DNA of 64,000 nt, taken from Casimicrobiaceae bacterium. Its GTDB lineage: Bacteria > Pseudomonadota > Gammaproteobacteria > Burkholderiales > Casimicrobiaceae. The translations under genes and the position numbers were made by a program. The notes under the pieces were generated by a model. That model did no database searches and was not told the DNA's origin. It saw only the letters and a program-made list of their open reading frames with translations. The DNA is taken from positions 455 through 64,454 of the forward strand of contig JBDTLK010000001.1 in the NCBI GenBank assembly GCA_039934835.1, written 5' to 3'. Shown piece by piece: positions 8,779 to 18,529 of this stretch (the stretch's first letter is position 1; the number at the start of each line of letters is the position of its first letter).

Positions 8779-9792
8779 CTATTTCTTCTTCGCCGCCTCC
8801 GCTGCTTCGCGCGCGCTTTCCTTCTCGTACGTCGCCTTGTCGAAGCCACCGCCGGAGCCTTTGGCGACATCGCGCACGACCGCCCACGAGGTCTTGAAGT
8901 TCACGGGGAAAAACCGGTCGGCGCCGTCGAAGGCTTTCTGCATTTCCGGCGGGAAGCGGTAGTCGTAGAAGCAGCCGAGCATCTTGTCGACCAGTGCCGG
9001 CGCGAGGTCGTGCGCGTAGGCGAACGACGAGGTCGGGAATTTCTGGCTGCGGTAGATCACGCGGAAATCCGCTTCCTTCACCTGGCCGCGCTCGGCCATG
9101 CGATGGAACACGTCCGAAGCGACCGCAGCGGCGTCGTAGTCGCCCGAATTCACGCCCATGACCGACTGGTCGTGCTTGCCCGAGAAAATGATCTTGTAGT
9201 CCTTGTCGGGGGTTAGACCTTCGCCAGGAAACAGCGCCAACGGCGCCATGTGCCCGGAATTGGACGATGGCGCCGTATGCGCGACTTTCTTGCCTTTCAG
9301 GTCGCTTAGTTTCTGATAGGGCGAGCTCGCCTTGACGACGACAATCAGGTTATAGCCCTGGAATTCCTTGGCGGTGCCTTTCACGGCAAAGGGTATCGCC
9401 CCGGCCAGATTGACCGCGAAGGCCGTGGGGCCAGTGGAGAAGCCAGCGACGTGCAGGCGGCCCGAGCGCATCGCCTCGATTTCGGCGGCGTTCGACTGAA
9501 CCTGATAGAAGACGACCTTCTTGTCCAGGCATTTCGATAGATACGTCGTGAACGGCTTAAAGATGTTTTCGTAGACGGCGGGGTCTTCCACCGGCGTGTA
9601 GGTGAAGACGATCGTCGATGGATTCTTCCATTTCTTCGCATCGACCGGCGCGTCAGCGACCATGTCGTTGTTGGCGTCGCAATACATCTGGTCGAGTTCA
9701 CCGCGATTCTTACAAGCATCCGCAGCAAACGCGGCCGACGAAAACATCGCGACAAAGAGTCCGGCAAGCACCGGAACGCAGGCTTTGAACAT
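8779..9792 (-). CDS. phnD: Phosphonate ABC transporter substrate-binding protein
   Basis: 337 aa. Signal peptide (...SSAAFA/AD), and PhnD-like ...[25 protein letters not shown]...[19 protein letters not shown]... AGGAGGAAAG lies upstream of the ATG. Confidence 0.9.
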   Translation of the reverse strand: MFKACVPVLAGLFVAMFSSAAFAADACKNRGELDQMYCDANNDMVADAPVDAKKWKNPSTIVFTYTPVEDPAVYENIFKPFTTYLSKCLDKKVVFYQVQSNAAEIEAMRSGRLHVAGFSTGPTAFAVNLAGAIPFAVKGTAKEFQGYNLIVVVKASSPYQKLSDLKGKKVAHTAPSSNSGHMAPLALFPGEGLTPDKDYKIIFSGKHDQSVMGVNSGDYDAAAVASDVFHRMAERGQVKEADFRVIYRSQKFPTSSFAYAHDLAPALVDKMLGCFYDYRFPPEMQKAFDGADRFFPVNFKTSWAVVRDVAKGSGGGFDKATYEKESAREAAEAAKKK

Positions 9793-9915
9793 GGGACTTT
9801 CCTCCTAAGGCCATGGGATTTGGCTCTGCGCACATTTTCGCATACAACGCCGGCCAGACCGAGGCCGGCGTAACCGCACGAGAGACGAAGGAAAAAATGC
9901 GATAATTATCGACCC

Positions 9916-11283
9916 ATGGCAACGCCCCTGCACATCGCGATTCTCGCGGCCGGCGAAGGCAAGCGCATGCGCTCGGCGCTGCCCAAAGTCCTGCACCTGC
10001 TCGCGGGCACGCCTTTGCTCGGGCACGTCCTGGCCACCGCACACACGCTGGAGCCTGGGGCGGTGTGCATCGTACATGGGAAGGACGGCGGCGCACTGCG
10101 CGGCCGCTTTCCCGACGCCGATCTCGCGTGGGCGCTGCAAGACCCGCCCGCGGGAACGGGTGACGCGCTCAAACGCGCGCTGGCAGCACTGCCCGCCGCC
10201 GGCGTGACGCTGGTACTGTTCGGCGCCGATCCCCTCGCCCGCGCCGAAACGCTGCTTGCGGTAGTGGCGCGCGCGCAGGCCGGCGCGCTGTCGCTGCTGA
10301 CCATCGACCTGGACAATCCCACCGGCTACGGCAGGATCGTGCGCGATGCGCGGGGCAAAGTCGTCGCCATTGTCGAGCAGAAAGACGCGACGCCGCAGCA
10401 GCTCGCGCTGCGCGAAATCAACACCGGCGTGATGGCCGCGCCTACTGCTTCCTTCGTGCGTTGGCTCGCGCGCATCAGCAACCGCAACGCCAGCGGCGAA
10501 TACTACCTGACCGATGTCGTCGCGCTGGCGGTCGCCGAAGGCACGCCGGTCGAAGCGACACGCGCCGCGAGCGTGATCGAGACGCTGGGCGTCAACAGCC
10601 AGCGCGACCTGGCGCTGATCGAGCGCCTCTACCAGCGTGCGCAGGCCGATGCTTTGCTCGACGCGGGTGTCGCGCTCGCCGACCCGGATCGCGTTGATGT
10701 TCGCGGCACCTTGTCGTGCGGGCGCGACGTGCGCATCGACGTTGGCTGCATTTTCGAAGGCGCGGTGACGCTGGGCGACAACGTCGTGATCGGCGCGCAT
10801 TGCGTCCTCAAGAACGTCCAGGTTGGCGCGGGCACCGCGATCGCGCCGTTCTCGCACCTCGAAGACGCGAAGCTCGGCACCCAGTGTCGCGTTGGGCCGT
10901 ACGCGCGCATTCGTCCGGCGACGGTGCTGGGTGACGAAGCGCACATCGGCAATTTCGTCGAAGTCAAAGCCAGCACCTTCGGCGCGCGCAGCAAGGCCAA
11001 TCACCTCGCCTATGTGGGCGACACGACCGTCGGCCGCGACGTGAACATCGGCGCGGGCACGATCACCTGCAACTACGACGGCGCGACGAAACATCGTACC
11101 GTGATCGAAGACGACGTTCACATCGGGTCCGATACGCAACTCGTCGCCCCCGTCACCATCGGCCGTGGCGCCACCATCGCCGCCGGGACCACCGTATGGA
11201 ACGACGTTGCAGACAACATGCTGGCGATGAACGAGAAGACGCAAGTCGCGCGCAGCGGCTGGAAACGACCCAAGAAGGGCTAG
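9916..11283 (+). CDS. glmU: Bifunctional UDP-N-acetylglucosamine pyrophosphorylase / glucosamine-1-phosphate N-acetyltransferase
   Basis: 455 aa. N-terminal [11 protein letters not shown] nucleotidyltransferase motif and C-terminal left-handed beta-helix hexapeptide repeats. glmS follows. Confidence 0.92.
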   Translation: MATPLHIAILAAGEGKRMRSALPKVLHLLAGTPLLGHVLATAHTLEPGAVCIVHGKDGGALRGRFPDADLAWALQDPPAGTGDALKRALAALPAAGVTLVLFGADPLARAETLLAVVARAQAGALSLLTIDLDNPTGYGRIVRDARGKVVAIVEQKDATPQQLALREINTGVMAAPTASFVRWLARISNRNASGEYYLTDVVALAVAEGTPVEATRAASVIETLGVNSQRDLALIERLYQRAQADALLDAGVALADPDRVDVRGTLSCGRDVRIDVGCIFEGAVTLGDNVVIGAHCVLKNVQVGAGTAIAPFSHLEDAKLGTQCRVGPYARIRPATVLGDEAHIGNFVEVKASTFGARSKANHLAYVGDTTVGRDVNIGAGTITCNYDGATKHRTVIEDDVHIGSDTQLVAPVTIGRGATIAAGTTVWNDVADNMLAMNEKTQVARSGWKRPKKG

Positions 11284-11290
11284 CAAAACC

Positions 11291-13105
11291 ATGTGCGGAA
11301 TTGTCGCTGCAGTCGCTCGCGCCAACGTGGTCCCGATCCTGATCGAGGGCGTGCGCCGGCTGGAGTATCGCGGCTATGACTCGACCGGCCTCGCAGTCAT
11401 CAACGGCGGATTGCATCGTCTGGTGAGCACCGCACGCGTCGCCGACCTCGCGGCGCAGGCCGAGGCGACGCATATTTCCGGTCTGACCGGCATTTCGCAC
11501 ACGCGCTGGGCGACGCACGGCGCGCCGACATCCGTCAACGCGCACCCGCACGTCAGCAGCGACGAAATCGCGGTGGTGCACAACGGCATCATCGAGAATT
11601 TCGAATCCTTGCGCGAGCGGCTGCAGGCGCAGGGCTACAAGTTCGTCACGCAGACCGACACCGAAGTCATCGCCCACCTCATTCACGCGCATTACCGGGG
11701 CAACCTGCTCGACGCGGTGCGCAAGTCGGTCGCCGAATTCAAGGGGGCGTATGCGATCGCGGCGATTTCTACGCGCGAACCTGGCCGCGCGGTGGGCGCG
11801 CGCTACGGCAGCCCGCTGCTGGTGGGCATCGGCGAGCACGATCATTTCCTGGCCTCCGATGCCAGCGCGATCGCGCCGGTGACGCAGCGCGTCGCCTATC
11901 TCGAGGAAGGCGACGTCGCCGACATCACGCTCGACGCCTTCGCGATCTATGACGCCAACGGCGATCGCATAACCCGGGAAGTGGTGACAGTTGCGGCGTC
12001 GGGTGACGCGGTCGAGCTGGGGCCCTACCGGCATTTCATGCAGAAGGAAATTTTCGAGCAGCCGCGCGCCATCGCCGACACGCTGGAGAGTGTCGGCGGT
12101 ATCGGTCCCGACCTGTTCGGGGCGGATGCCGCGGCGGTATTTGCAAAGGTCCGCGCGGTGCATCTGTTGGCGTGCGGCACGAGTTACTACGCGGCGTTGC
12201 TGGGCAGGCTCTGGCTGGAAGGCGTGGCGGGCATTCCGGCACAAGCCGAGATCGCCAGCGAATACCGCTATCGAGACAGCGTGCCTAATGCGGATGCGCT
12301 GGTCGTGGTGATATCGCAATCGGGCGAGACCGCCGACACGCTGGCTGCGCTGAAGCACGCCAAGGAATTGGGGCATCGCCACACGCTAGCTATCTGCAAC
12401 GTGGCCACCAGCTCGATGGTGCGGCAGACCGCGCTCACGTTCCTGACGCGGGCGGGCACCGAAGTCGGCGTCGCGTCGACCAAGGCGTTCACGACCCAGT
12501 TGACGGCGCAATTTCTGTTGACGCTGACGCTCGCCAAGCTTCGCGGCCGCCTTGATGCCAGCGAAGAAGCGCGCTGGCTGGGGGCGCTACGGCATCTGCC
12601 GGCGGCGATTCAGGCAGTGCTGGCACTTGAGCCGGCGATCATCGCATGGGCACAGCAGTTCGCGAAAAAGCAGAACACGCTCTTTCTCGGACGCGGGCTG
12701 CACTACCCCATCGCCCTTGAGGGTGCGCTCAAGCTCAAGGAGATCTCCTACATCCACGCCGAAGCGTATCCGGCAGGCGAACTCAAGCACGGTCCGCTGG
12801 CGCTGGTCGATGCGAACATGCCGGTGGTAGCGATCGCGCCCAACGATGCGCTGCTCGAAAAACTCAAGTCGAACCTGCAGGAAGTACGCGCGCGCGGCGG
12901 AGAGCTCTACGTGATCGCCGATGCCGACAGCCACATCCAGTCGAGCGAAGGTATCCATGTACTGCGCTTGCCCGAGCATGCCGGGCTGCTCTCGCCGGTC
13001 GTGCATACCATCCCGATGCAGCTCCTCGCGTATCACACCGCGGTGCTGCGCGGGACCGATGTCGACAAGCCGCGAAATCTGGCAAAGTCGGTGACGGTGG
13101 AATGA
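11291..13105 (+). CDS. glmS: Glutamine--fructose-6-phosphate aminotransferase
   Basis: 604 aa. N-terminal MCGIVAAV (catalytic Cys2), SIS domains, and C-terminal ...[13 protein letters not shown]. Confidence 0.95.
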   Translation: MCGIVAAVARANVVPILIEGVRRLEYRGYDSTGLAVINGGLHRLVSTARVADLAAQAEATHISGLTGISHTRWATHGAPTSVNAHPHVSSDEIAVVHNGIIENFESLRERLQAQGYKFVTQTDTEVIAHLIHAHYRGNLLDAVRKSVAEFKGAYAIAAISTREPGRAVGARYGSPLLVGIGEHDHFLASDASAIAPVTQRVAYLEEGDVADITLDAFAIYDANGDRITREVVTVAASGDAVELGPYRHFMQKEIFEQPRAIADTLESVGGIGPDLFGADAAAVFAKVRAVHLLACGTSYYAALLGRLWLEGVAGIPAQAEIASEYRYRDSVPNADALVVVISQSGETADTLAALKHAKELGHRHTLAICNVATSSMVRQTALTFLTRAGTEVGVASTKAFTTQLTAQFLLTLTLAKLRGRLDASEEARWLGALRHLPAAIQAVLALEPAIIAWAQQFAKKQNTLFLGRGLHYPIALEGALKLKEISYIHAEAYPAGELKHGPLALVDANMPVVAIAPNDALLEKLKSNLQEVRARGGELYVIADADSHIQSSEGIHVLRLPEHAGLLSPVVHTIPMQLLAYHTAVLRGTDVDKPRNLAKSVTVE

Positions 13106-13231
13106 CGCAACTGGCGCCGAAGGCGGCGCATGCGCTGATTTGTCGGGCGTTTTTCCAGGGGCAAGAATATGATGCGTATCATAAAAAGACTGTTTACTCG
13201 CATCCATGGAATCCAACCGAAGCAAGAACGC

Positions 13232-13449
13232 CTGCCGGCAGACCAGTACGCGGCAGGCAGCGCCGTCAACCAGGCCACGCGCCAGATCGGCTCTGTGCTC
13301 GGAGTTGCGAGCACGGTGCTCCTGCTGGGGCATGCCGGCGTGCATCGCGCGGACTTCACGTGGCATATGGGATGCACGTCGCCCGGGCGCTGACGACCGC
13401 TGCGCTCTGCCTCCCGGTGAAAACGCGGCCGCATGCGGCGAAGGCGTAA
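13232..13449 (+). pseudogene. Remnant of the 3' end of an MFS (DHA2-like) transporter gene, frameshifted
   Basis: One frame reads LPADQYAAGSAVNQATRQIGSVLGVASTVLLLG, the SAxNxxRQxGxxLGVA motif of the last MFS helices. A second frame continues ...GLHVAYGMHVARALTTAALCLPVKTRP. There is no N-terminal part and no complete ORF. Confidence 0.35.
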
Positions 13450-13465
13450 CCCGATCGGGTAGTAT

Positions 13466-14635
13466 TCAACGCGCGGCGAGGCGCCATAGCGACGTGACTT
13501 CGGCGGCGCGCGCCGCATGCAGGGGATCGGTTGCATCGCGCGCGCGCGGATGAATCGGCCGAACGTCGCTTCGGTCAACTACGCGCAAGCCCGCGGCCTC
13601 GAATGTCCCGACCAGGTCCGATCTCGACCGCAGGCCGAGATGCTCTGCGAGATCGGAGAGGATCAACCAGCCCTCGCCTCCGGGCTCCAGATGCCGCGGC
13701 AGCGCAGCGAGAAACCCGTGCAGCATGTGGCTTTCGGGATCGAAGATCCCGCGCTCAAGCGGAGAACTCGGCCGCGCGGGAATCCACGGCGGATTGCACA
13801 CCACCAGCGCCGCGCGGCCTTTGGGAAACAGGTCCGCAGGCACAACGTCCACTCGATTCTCCAAGCGCAGGCGCTGGAGATTCTCGCGGGCGCATGCCAG
13901 CGCGCGCGGATCGAGGTCGCTCGCGACCACGCGTTGGCTGCCACGACGCGCAAGCACCGCTGCGAGCACGCCGGTCCCCGTGCCAATGTCGAAGGCGACG
14001 CCGAACGTCGACAGCAACGCGGGCAGGGGTGCCTGCGCGACCAGGTCGACATATTCGCTGCGAATCGGCGCGAATACGCCGTAGTGCGGATGGATGCGGC
14101 CACCGATTGCGGGAATTTCGATCCCTTTGGTGCGCCATTCGTGTGCGCCGACTACGCCAAGCAGCTCGCGCAGTGCGACGACCGAGGGTTCCTCCTCGCC
14201 GGGACCATAGGCTTCGCTGCATGCTTGCCGGATGTCGGGCGCACGGCGCAGCGCGATGCCGTAGTCGGCGTCAAGCAGTATCAGCAGCATACCCAGGGTG
14301 CGCGCACGCTGTGACTGGGCCTGGCGATGGAGGTTGAAGACGTCGGCCGAAGACCTTAGCGGCGCGGATGCTGCCGGCGCTGCGCCCTTCGCGGGCCTGC
14401 GTGGCTGGCGATCGGTGCGACTCGCCAACGCAATCAGCAATTGCCGCGCGTTCTGGAAGTCGCCGCGCCACAACAGTGCAGTGCCTTGGCAGGCGAGGCC
14501 GTAAGCGTCATCGGCGGTGATGCGGTCATCGACCATGACGACCCGTCGTGGTGGCGGCGCACCACGTTCCGACCGCCAGCGTGCGGCGAACTCGCGGCCG
14601 TCCTCGGTCCAGCGAACGACCGGGTGCGCAGGCAC
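13466..14635 (-). CDS. Class I SAM-dependent methyltransferase (NPPW type) with an uncharacterised N-terminal domain
   Basis: C-terminal half has FDIGTGTGVLAAVLARRG (SAM motif I), ASDLDP and VVCNPPWIP. The start is taken as the GTG at 14635, one nt after the mazG-like stop (TAG-C-GTG). An ATG (MVDDRI...) further in is an alternative. The upstream part of ORF 13466..14962 is the alternate frame of the mazG-like gene. Confidence 0.7.
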   Translation of the reverse strand: MPAHPVVRWTEDGREFAARWRSERGAPPPRRVVMVDDRITADDAYGLACQGTALLWRGDFQNARQLLIALASRTDRQPRRPAKGAAPAASAPLRSSADVFNLHRQAQSQRARTLGMLLILLDADYGIALRRAPDIRQACSEAYGPGEEEPSVVALRELLGVVGAHEWRTKGIEIPAIGGRIHPHYGVFAPIRSEYVDLVAQAPLPALLSTFGVAFDIGTGTGVLAAVLARRGSQRVVASDLDPRALACARENLQRLRLENRVDVVPADLFPKGRAALVVCNPPWIPARPSSPLERGIFDPESHMLHGFLAALPRHLEPGGEGWLILSDLAEHLGLRSRSDLVGTFEAAGLRVVDRSDVRPIHPRARDATDPLHAARAAEVTSLWRLAAR

Positions 14636-14636
14636 G

Positions 14637-14984
14637 CTAGAGCTCGGTGTATTTCTTGCTGCTTCCACGCGCCTTGTCCACCGGGTACTTCGCCGCGTTT
14701 GCAACGAGCTTTGCCTTCGCTGCGGCGATTGGATCGATGCCCAACGCATCGCTGAGGCGGATGAGGTACAGGAGCACGTCCGCCACTTCGTCGGTTGCCG
14801 CAGCGTGCGCCTCGGCGGCAAGACCGCGGCTCTGCTCTTCGGTGAGCCATTGGAAGATCTCGAGCAGCTCGCCCGACTCGGCGGCCAGTGCCATCGCGAG
14901 GTTCTTGGGCGAATGAAACTGGTTCCAATCGCGCGCGGCGGCAAACTTGCGCAACTGGTCACGGAGAATTTCGAAATCGTTCAC
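14637..14984 (-). CDS. MazG-like nucleotide pyrophosphohydrolase (small all-alpha NTP-PPase)
   Basis: FAAARDWNQFHSPKNLAMALAAESGELLEIFQW...DEVADVLLYLIRL carries the EXXE/DExxD metal motifs of this family. GTG start at 14984 with GGGAG 8 nt upstream. 115 aa. Confidence 0.8.
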   Translation of the reverse strand: MNDFEILRDQLRKFAAARDWNQFHSPKNLAMALAAESGELLEIFQWLTEEQSRGLAAEAHAAATDEVADVLLYLIRLSDALGIDPIAAAKAKLVANAAKYPVDKARGSSKKYTEL

Positions 14985-15010
14985 GACAATGCTCCCAAGG
15001 TGTCCTGCGC

Positions 15011-16003
15011 TCAGAACTTCTCGTCGGTTCGCAAATACCGCCACTGGCCAACCGGCAGTGCGCCGAGGGGGACGGTGCCGCTGCGCACTCGTTTCAGGCC
15101 GGTAACCGCCAGGCCCACCAGCTCGCACATGCGTCGAATCTGGCGCTTGCGGCCTTCGCGCAGCACGAAACGCAACTGGTCTTTGTTCTGCCACGATACG
15201 CGCGCCGGCTTGAGTTTGATGCCGTCGAGTTCCATTCCGTGTTGCAGCAGCTTCATGCCCTCGCTCGACAACGTACCGTCGACGCGCACCAGGTATTCCT
15301 TCTCGACCGCGGAGTCCTGTCCGATCAACTGCTTGGCGATGCGGCCATCCTGCGTGAACACAATGAGCCCGGTCGAATCGATGTCGAGGCGGCCCGCGGG
15401 AGCGAGCCCGCGCAGGTGGCCGGGCTTGAACCTGGTCGGTGACGAATCGCCGGCCCAGTGATTTTGCGGCGTGATGAGCACGATCGCGGGTTGATGGCCG
15501 TCTTCGGCCTGGCCCGACACGTAGCCGACAGGCTTGTTGAGCAGGATTGTCACCTGTTCGCTCTGCTCACGCGCAGCAGCGCGATCGATCTCGATGTGCG
15601 CCTGCGGCGACACGCGAACCCCAAGGGTGGCAACGACCTTGCCGTCGACCTTGACCCACCGCTTCTCGATCCATTCGTCGGCTTCGCGGCGCGAGCATAG
15701 GCCCAGTTCGCTCATGCGTTTTGAGAGCCGCGGATCGTCGGGATTTTCATGGTTGGGGGAACGCCGCGTTGCTTGCTTCGGAACAGCCTGTCGCCCCCCG
15801 GTCGACTCGGATGGTGCGTGCGCGGACTGCGGGTTTCGCACGCCGGAAGTAGCAGACGCCTTCGCCAGCAACTTGCCGTGAAGGCCGCGTCTTGCGCGCG
15901 AACTTGGAACCTTCGCGGGCGCGGCTTGATCGACTGGCTTGGCGACTTTGAGCGTGATGCGAGCCATGAGTGAAGTGGCGGCGAGGAACGACGACGGTCG
16001 CAT
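15011..16003 (-). CDS. RsuA/RluF-family rRNA pseudouridine synthase with a basic N-terminal extension
   Basis: S4 domain ([29 protein letters not shown]), catalytic [17 protein letters not shown], and C-terminal [13 protein letters not shown]. The start is uncertain: ATG at 16003 or at 15967. Confidence 0.8.
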   Translation of the reverse strand: MRPSSFLAATSLMARITLKVAKPVDQAAPAKVPSSRARRGLHGKLLAKASATSGVRNPQSAHAPSESTGGRQAVPKQATRRSPNHENPDDPRLSKRMSELGLCSRREADEWIEKRWVKVDGKVVATLGVRVSPQAHIEIDRAAAREQSEQVTILLNKPVGYVSGQAEDGHQPAIVLITPQNHWAGDSSPTRFKPGHLRGLAPAGRLDIDSTGLIVFTQDGRIAKQLIGQDSAVEKEYLVRVDGTLSSEGMKLLQHGMELDGIKLKPARVSWQNKDQLRFVLREGRKRQIRRMCELVGLAVTGLKRVRSGTVPLGALPVGQWRYLRTDEKF

Positions 16004-16286
16004 GATAGCGGGTGCGCCGGTTTCGGGCGATGGTGCGAAATCTGGCGAAATTCCCGGCGTTTTCGTCCCCTGGCCTGCCGAATTCACCGCGCACGCGATG
16101 TGCGGCTGTCGCGCGAGGCACGAACGGCGCCGCACGGCGTTGCCCGGCGAGACCGCCCGTCATAAAATGTAAGCCGCTCGAAATTCCACCACGACGCCCA
16201 TGCCCGCTTCCTAACCACTCCCCGCTTCTCCTGACCCCGCCGACGCCCTTGGGGCGTCGTCACGTCAACTTTCAGGAGAAGCAGCG

Positions 16287-16499
16287 ATGGCCTACCGCGT
16301 CGAGCACGCTCGCAGTCAAGCCCAAGTCATCTGGGCGAACAAACCGTTTTCTGGCCGCCTTGGGCGTTACGTAGCAATCCGCCTGCGCGACGGCATGCTG
16401 ACCGTGGCGATTCGCCATCGCGACATGCTGCAGTGGGTGCCGGTGCGAAAGGCACTCACCGAAGGCGAGGCAAGCCGGTGGGCCCGAACGGGCTTCTGA
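16287..16499 (+). CDS. Small hypothetical protein (70 aa)
   Basis: AGGAGA lies 9 nt upstream of the ATG, and the ORF fills the gap between two convergent or divergent genes. I recognise no family. Confidence 0.45.
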   Translation: MAYRVEHARSQAQVIWANKPFSGRLGRYVAIRLRDGMLTVAIRHRDMLQWVPVRKALTEGEASRWARTGF

Positions 16500-16507
16500 A
16501 CGATGCC

Positions 16508-16529
16508 GGCGCGGCTCTGCGGCCGCGCC
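16508..16529. terminator. GC-rich hairpin between convergent genes (possible bidirectional terminator, no U-tract)
   Basis: GGCGCGGC-tctgcg-GCCGCGCC, a perfect 8-bp stem between the stops at 16499 (+) and 16550 (-). Confidence 0.3.
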
Positions 16530-16549
16530 GCCGCGGCGAACGCGGGGAG

Positions 16550-18490
16550 TCAGCTTGCGGGTGAGCGCTGCATTTCAAATCCAAGCGCCGTCAACTCCCG
16601 CCGGACCGTGACATCTTGCAGGAGTGCGATGAACATCTGCACCGCCGGACGCTCCACGCGCGCACGAGGTACCACGAAATCGTAGCGCTCCTGCTGCAGC
16701 GGCGCGAACGCCAATCCATACTGTTCAGCGACAGTATTGATCGCCACCCCCCAATCCGCGCGTCCCTGATGGACGGCAGCCGCAACCGCATTGTGTGACT
16801 TGGTCTGAACCGCATAGCCCGGCGGCCGGCGCTCACCAAGCAACTGGTCGATGAGGATTCGCGTGCCGCTGCCGGTGTTGCGGTTGACGAGCGTGCAGTC
16901 GGGATCCTGCAACGCCGCTTCGAGCGCAGCGGCAATGTTCTTGCCGGCGAATCGCGTGTCACCCGGACGATAGACGAGGCCCTGCATGCGGCCGTAGCCG
17001 GGGACGAGCATCAGGGCCTCCGTGAGCAGGTGGCGGTTGTATTCGCCCGAGTGCGGATCCATAAGATGAATGCCCGCAATGTCGCACTCGCCGCGCTTGG
17101 CCGCGGCCACGCCGCCCATACTCCCGACGTAAAGCGCTTTGGCCCGCAGCCCCTTGCGCAGCAGCTTGCCGACAAGCAAATCCAGCCCGACGCAATGACT
17201 GCCGATGATCACCAGGTCGGCCGGCTCGAGCTTCTGGCCCAGCAACGTCACCACAACTGCCGTTCCGGCATCGACGATCTCGGTGTGCTGATCGATGGTG
17301 ATGAAGCCGTCGGCGCTGCTGAATGCGGTGACCGATCCCGAGCCTTTTCCCATGGGATACGCGGTGAGTCCAGCGGGAGCATGGACCAGGCCAACGAGCA
17401 GATATTCGGTGCGACCGCGCTCCGAATTCACCCGCATCGGCAATGTTGCGGGAACAATTTGCCTGCGGTCCGGCGAGAGGCCGGCATACGCGCGAATCAC
17501 CGGTGCCACGAACTCGTGGAAGGTGAAGATGGCGGACGTCGGAAATCCCGGCAGGATCACCACCGGCTTTCCGGCACTGACCGCGAGGCAGATCGGCTTT
17601 CCTGGCTTGAGCGCCACGCCGTGCGCGACGATACCCGGATCCTGCAGCCGACTGACCACACGATACGACAGGTCGCCCGCCCCTTTGGAGGTGCCTCCGG
17701 AGAGCACCACCACGTCGTATTGCAGCGCTTGCGCGAGTGCTGCTGCAAGTGCCTCATCGTTGTCGGCAATGATGCCGAGCTGCATGGGCTCGCCACCGAG
17801 TTCCTCGACGGCCGCACCGATGATCGCCGCGTTGGAATCGTAGACAGCCCCGGTCCGCAGCGCTGCACCCGGCGCTACGATCTCGTTGCCGGTTGAAAAG
17901 ATCGCAATTTGCGGTTTGCGAAAAACAGTCACCTCGGCAAGCCCGATGGCCGCCAGCACGCCAATCTCACGCGAGGTCAGGAGCTGCCCGCCGCGCAAGA
18001 CCGTTTCGCCCCTCGCGATATCCGTTCCGGCGTAACTCACGTTTTCTCCCGCCACGGCGGCACGCGTAATCTCCAGGGTCCGGTCGTCGCCACTCATCTC
18101 CGTGTGTTCGACCATGACCACTGCGTCGGCGCCGCGCGGCAGCATACCGCCGGTGGCGATCATCGTTGCCCGGCCGGCGCTCACCGTCTGGGTCGGTACG
18201 ACGCCGGGCGCGAGAGTCTCGTCGTTGAGCTGTATCGTGCGCGCCGTCTCTTCCATCGCGCCGAAGGTCCCCGCTGCCTGCAGCGCGAAGCCATCGACGT
18301 TGGAGCGGTCGAAGCCTGGGACATCAACTTCGGCGCGGATATCGTGAGCAAGAACTCGGCCCAGCGCCTGTCCTACCGGTAGCGTTTGTCGACCCAACGG
18401 CTCGAGTCGAAGGTGTTGCTGAAAACGCTCGGTCGCCTCATCGCGCGTGATCACGGTGAGGAACTGGGTCTGGCGGGTTTGCGGCTGCAC
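16550..18490 (-). CDS. MoeA-type molybdopterin molybdo/tungsto-transferase fused to a C-terminal PBP-like (periplasmic-binding-protein-like) domain
   Basis: 646 aa. N-terminal 400 aa are MoeA-like (VDVPGFDRSNVDGFAL, LSGGTSKGAGD). C-terminal about 230 aa (...NRNTGSGTRILIDQLL...GLAFAPLQQERYDFVVP...) are homologous to the C-terminus of the regulator at 25417..26484. GTG start. Confidence 0.85.
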   Translation of the reverse strand: MQPQTRQTQFLTVITRDEATERFQQHLRLEPLGRQTLPVGQALGRVLAHDIRAEVDVPGFDRSNVDGFALQAAGTFGAMEETARTIQLNDETLAPGVVPTQTVSAGRATMIATGGMLPRGADAVVMVEHTEMSGDDRTLEITRAAVAGENVSYAGTDIARGETVLRGGQLLTSREIGVLAAIGLAEVTVFRKPQIAIFSTGNEIVAPGAALRTGAVYDSNAAIIGAAVEELGGEPMQLGIIADNDEALAAALAQALQYDVVVLSGGTSKGAGDLSYRVVSRLQDPGIVAHGVALKPGKPICLAVSAGKPVVILPGFPTSAIFTFHEFVAPVIRAYAGLSPDRRQIVPATLPMRVNSERGRTEYLLVGLVHAPAGLTAYPMGKGSGSVTAFSSADGFITIDQHTEIVDAGTAVVVTLLGQKLEPADLVIIGSHCVGLDLLVGKLLRKGLRAKALYVGSMGGVAAAKRGECDIAGIHLMDPHSGEYNRHLLTEALMLVPGYGRMQGLVYRPGDTRFAGKNIAAALEAALQDPDCTLVNRNTGSGTRILIDQLLGERRPPGYAVQTKSHNAVAAAVHQGRADWGVAINTVAEQYGLAFAPLQQERYDFVVPRARVERPAVQMFIALLQDVTVRRELTALGFEMQRSPAS

Positions 18491-18529
18491 TTGTTTTTCC
18501 GAAAATGGCGATCTTTGCGGAGCCTGATT

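Noticed and set aside
8763-8870. N-terminal extension of phnC ([36 protein letters not shown])
   Set aside because: It overlaps the 3' end of phnD by 92 nt and is poly-Arg junk. The GTG at 8762 gives the normal distance to the Walker A motif.
9820-9860. Possible Pho box upstream of phnD (TTGTATGCGAAAATGTGCG on the minus strand)
   Set aside because: The two TGT cores are 12 nt apart rather than the 11-nt periodicity of the CTGTCAT-N4-CTGTCAT consensus, and the remaining positions match poorly. I cannot support the call without a PWM scan.
9900-9911. 12-nt perfect palindrome CGATAATTATCG just before the glmU ATG, reminiscent of Fur-box hexamers (GATAAT/ATTATC)
   Set aside because: It is far shorter than the 19-bp Fur box, the hexamers overlap instead of being arrayed, and there is no iron-related gene nearby. 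It probably forms part of the A/T-rich promoter or RBS region.
9805-11325. 506-aa minus-strand ORF covering glmU
   Set aside because: It is antisense to glmU. It has a low-complexity Arg/Ala-rich composition and no RBS or motif support.
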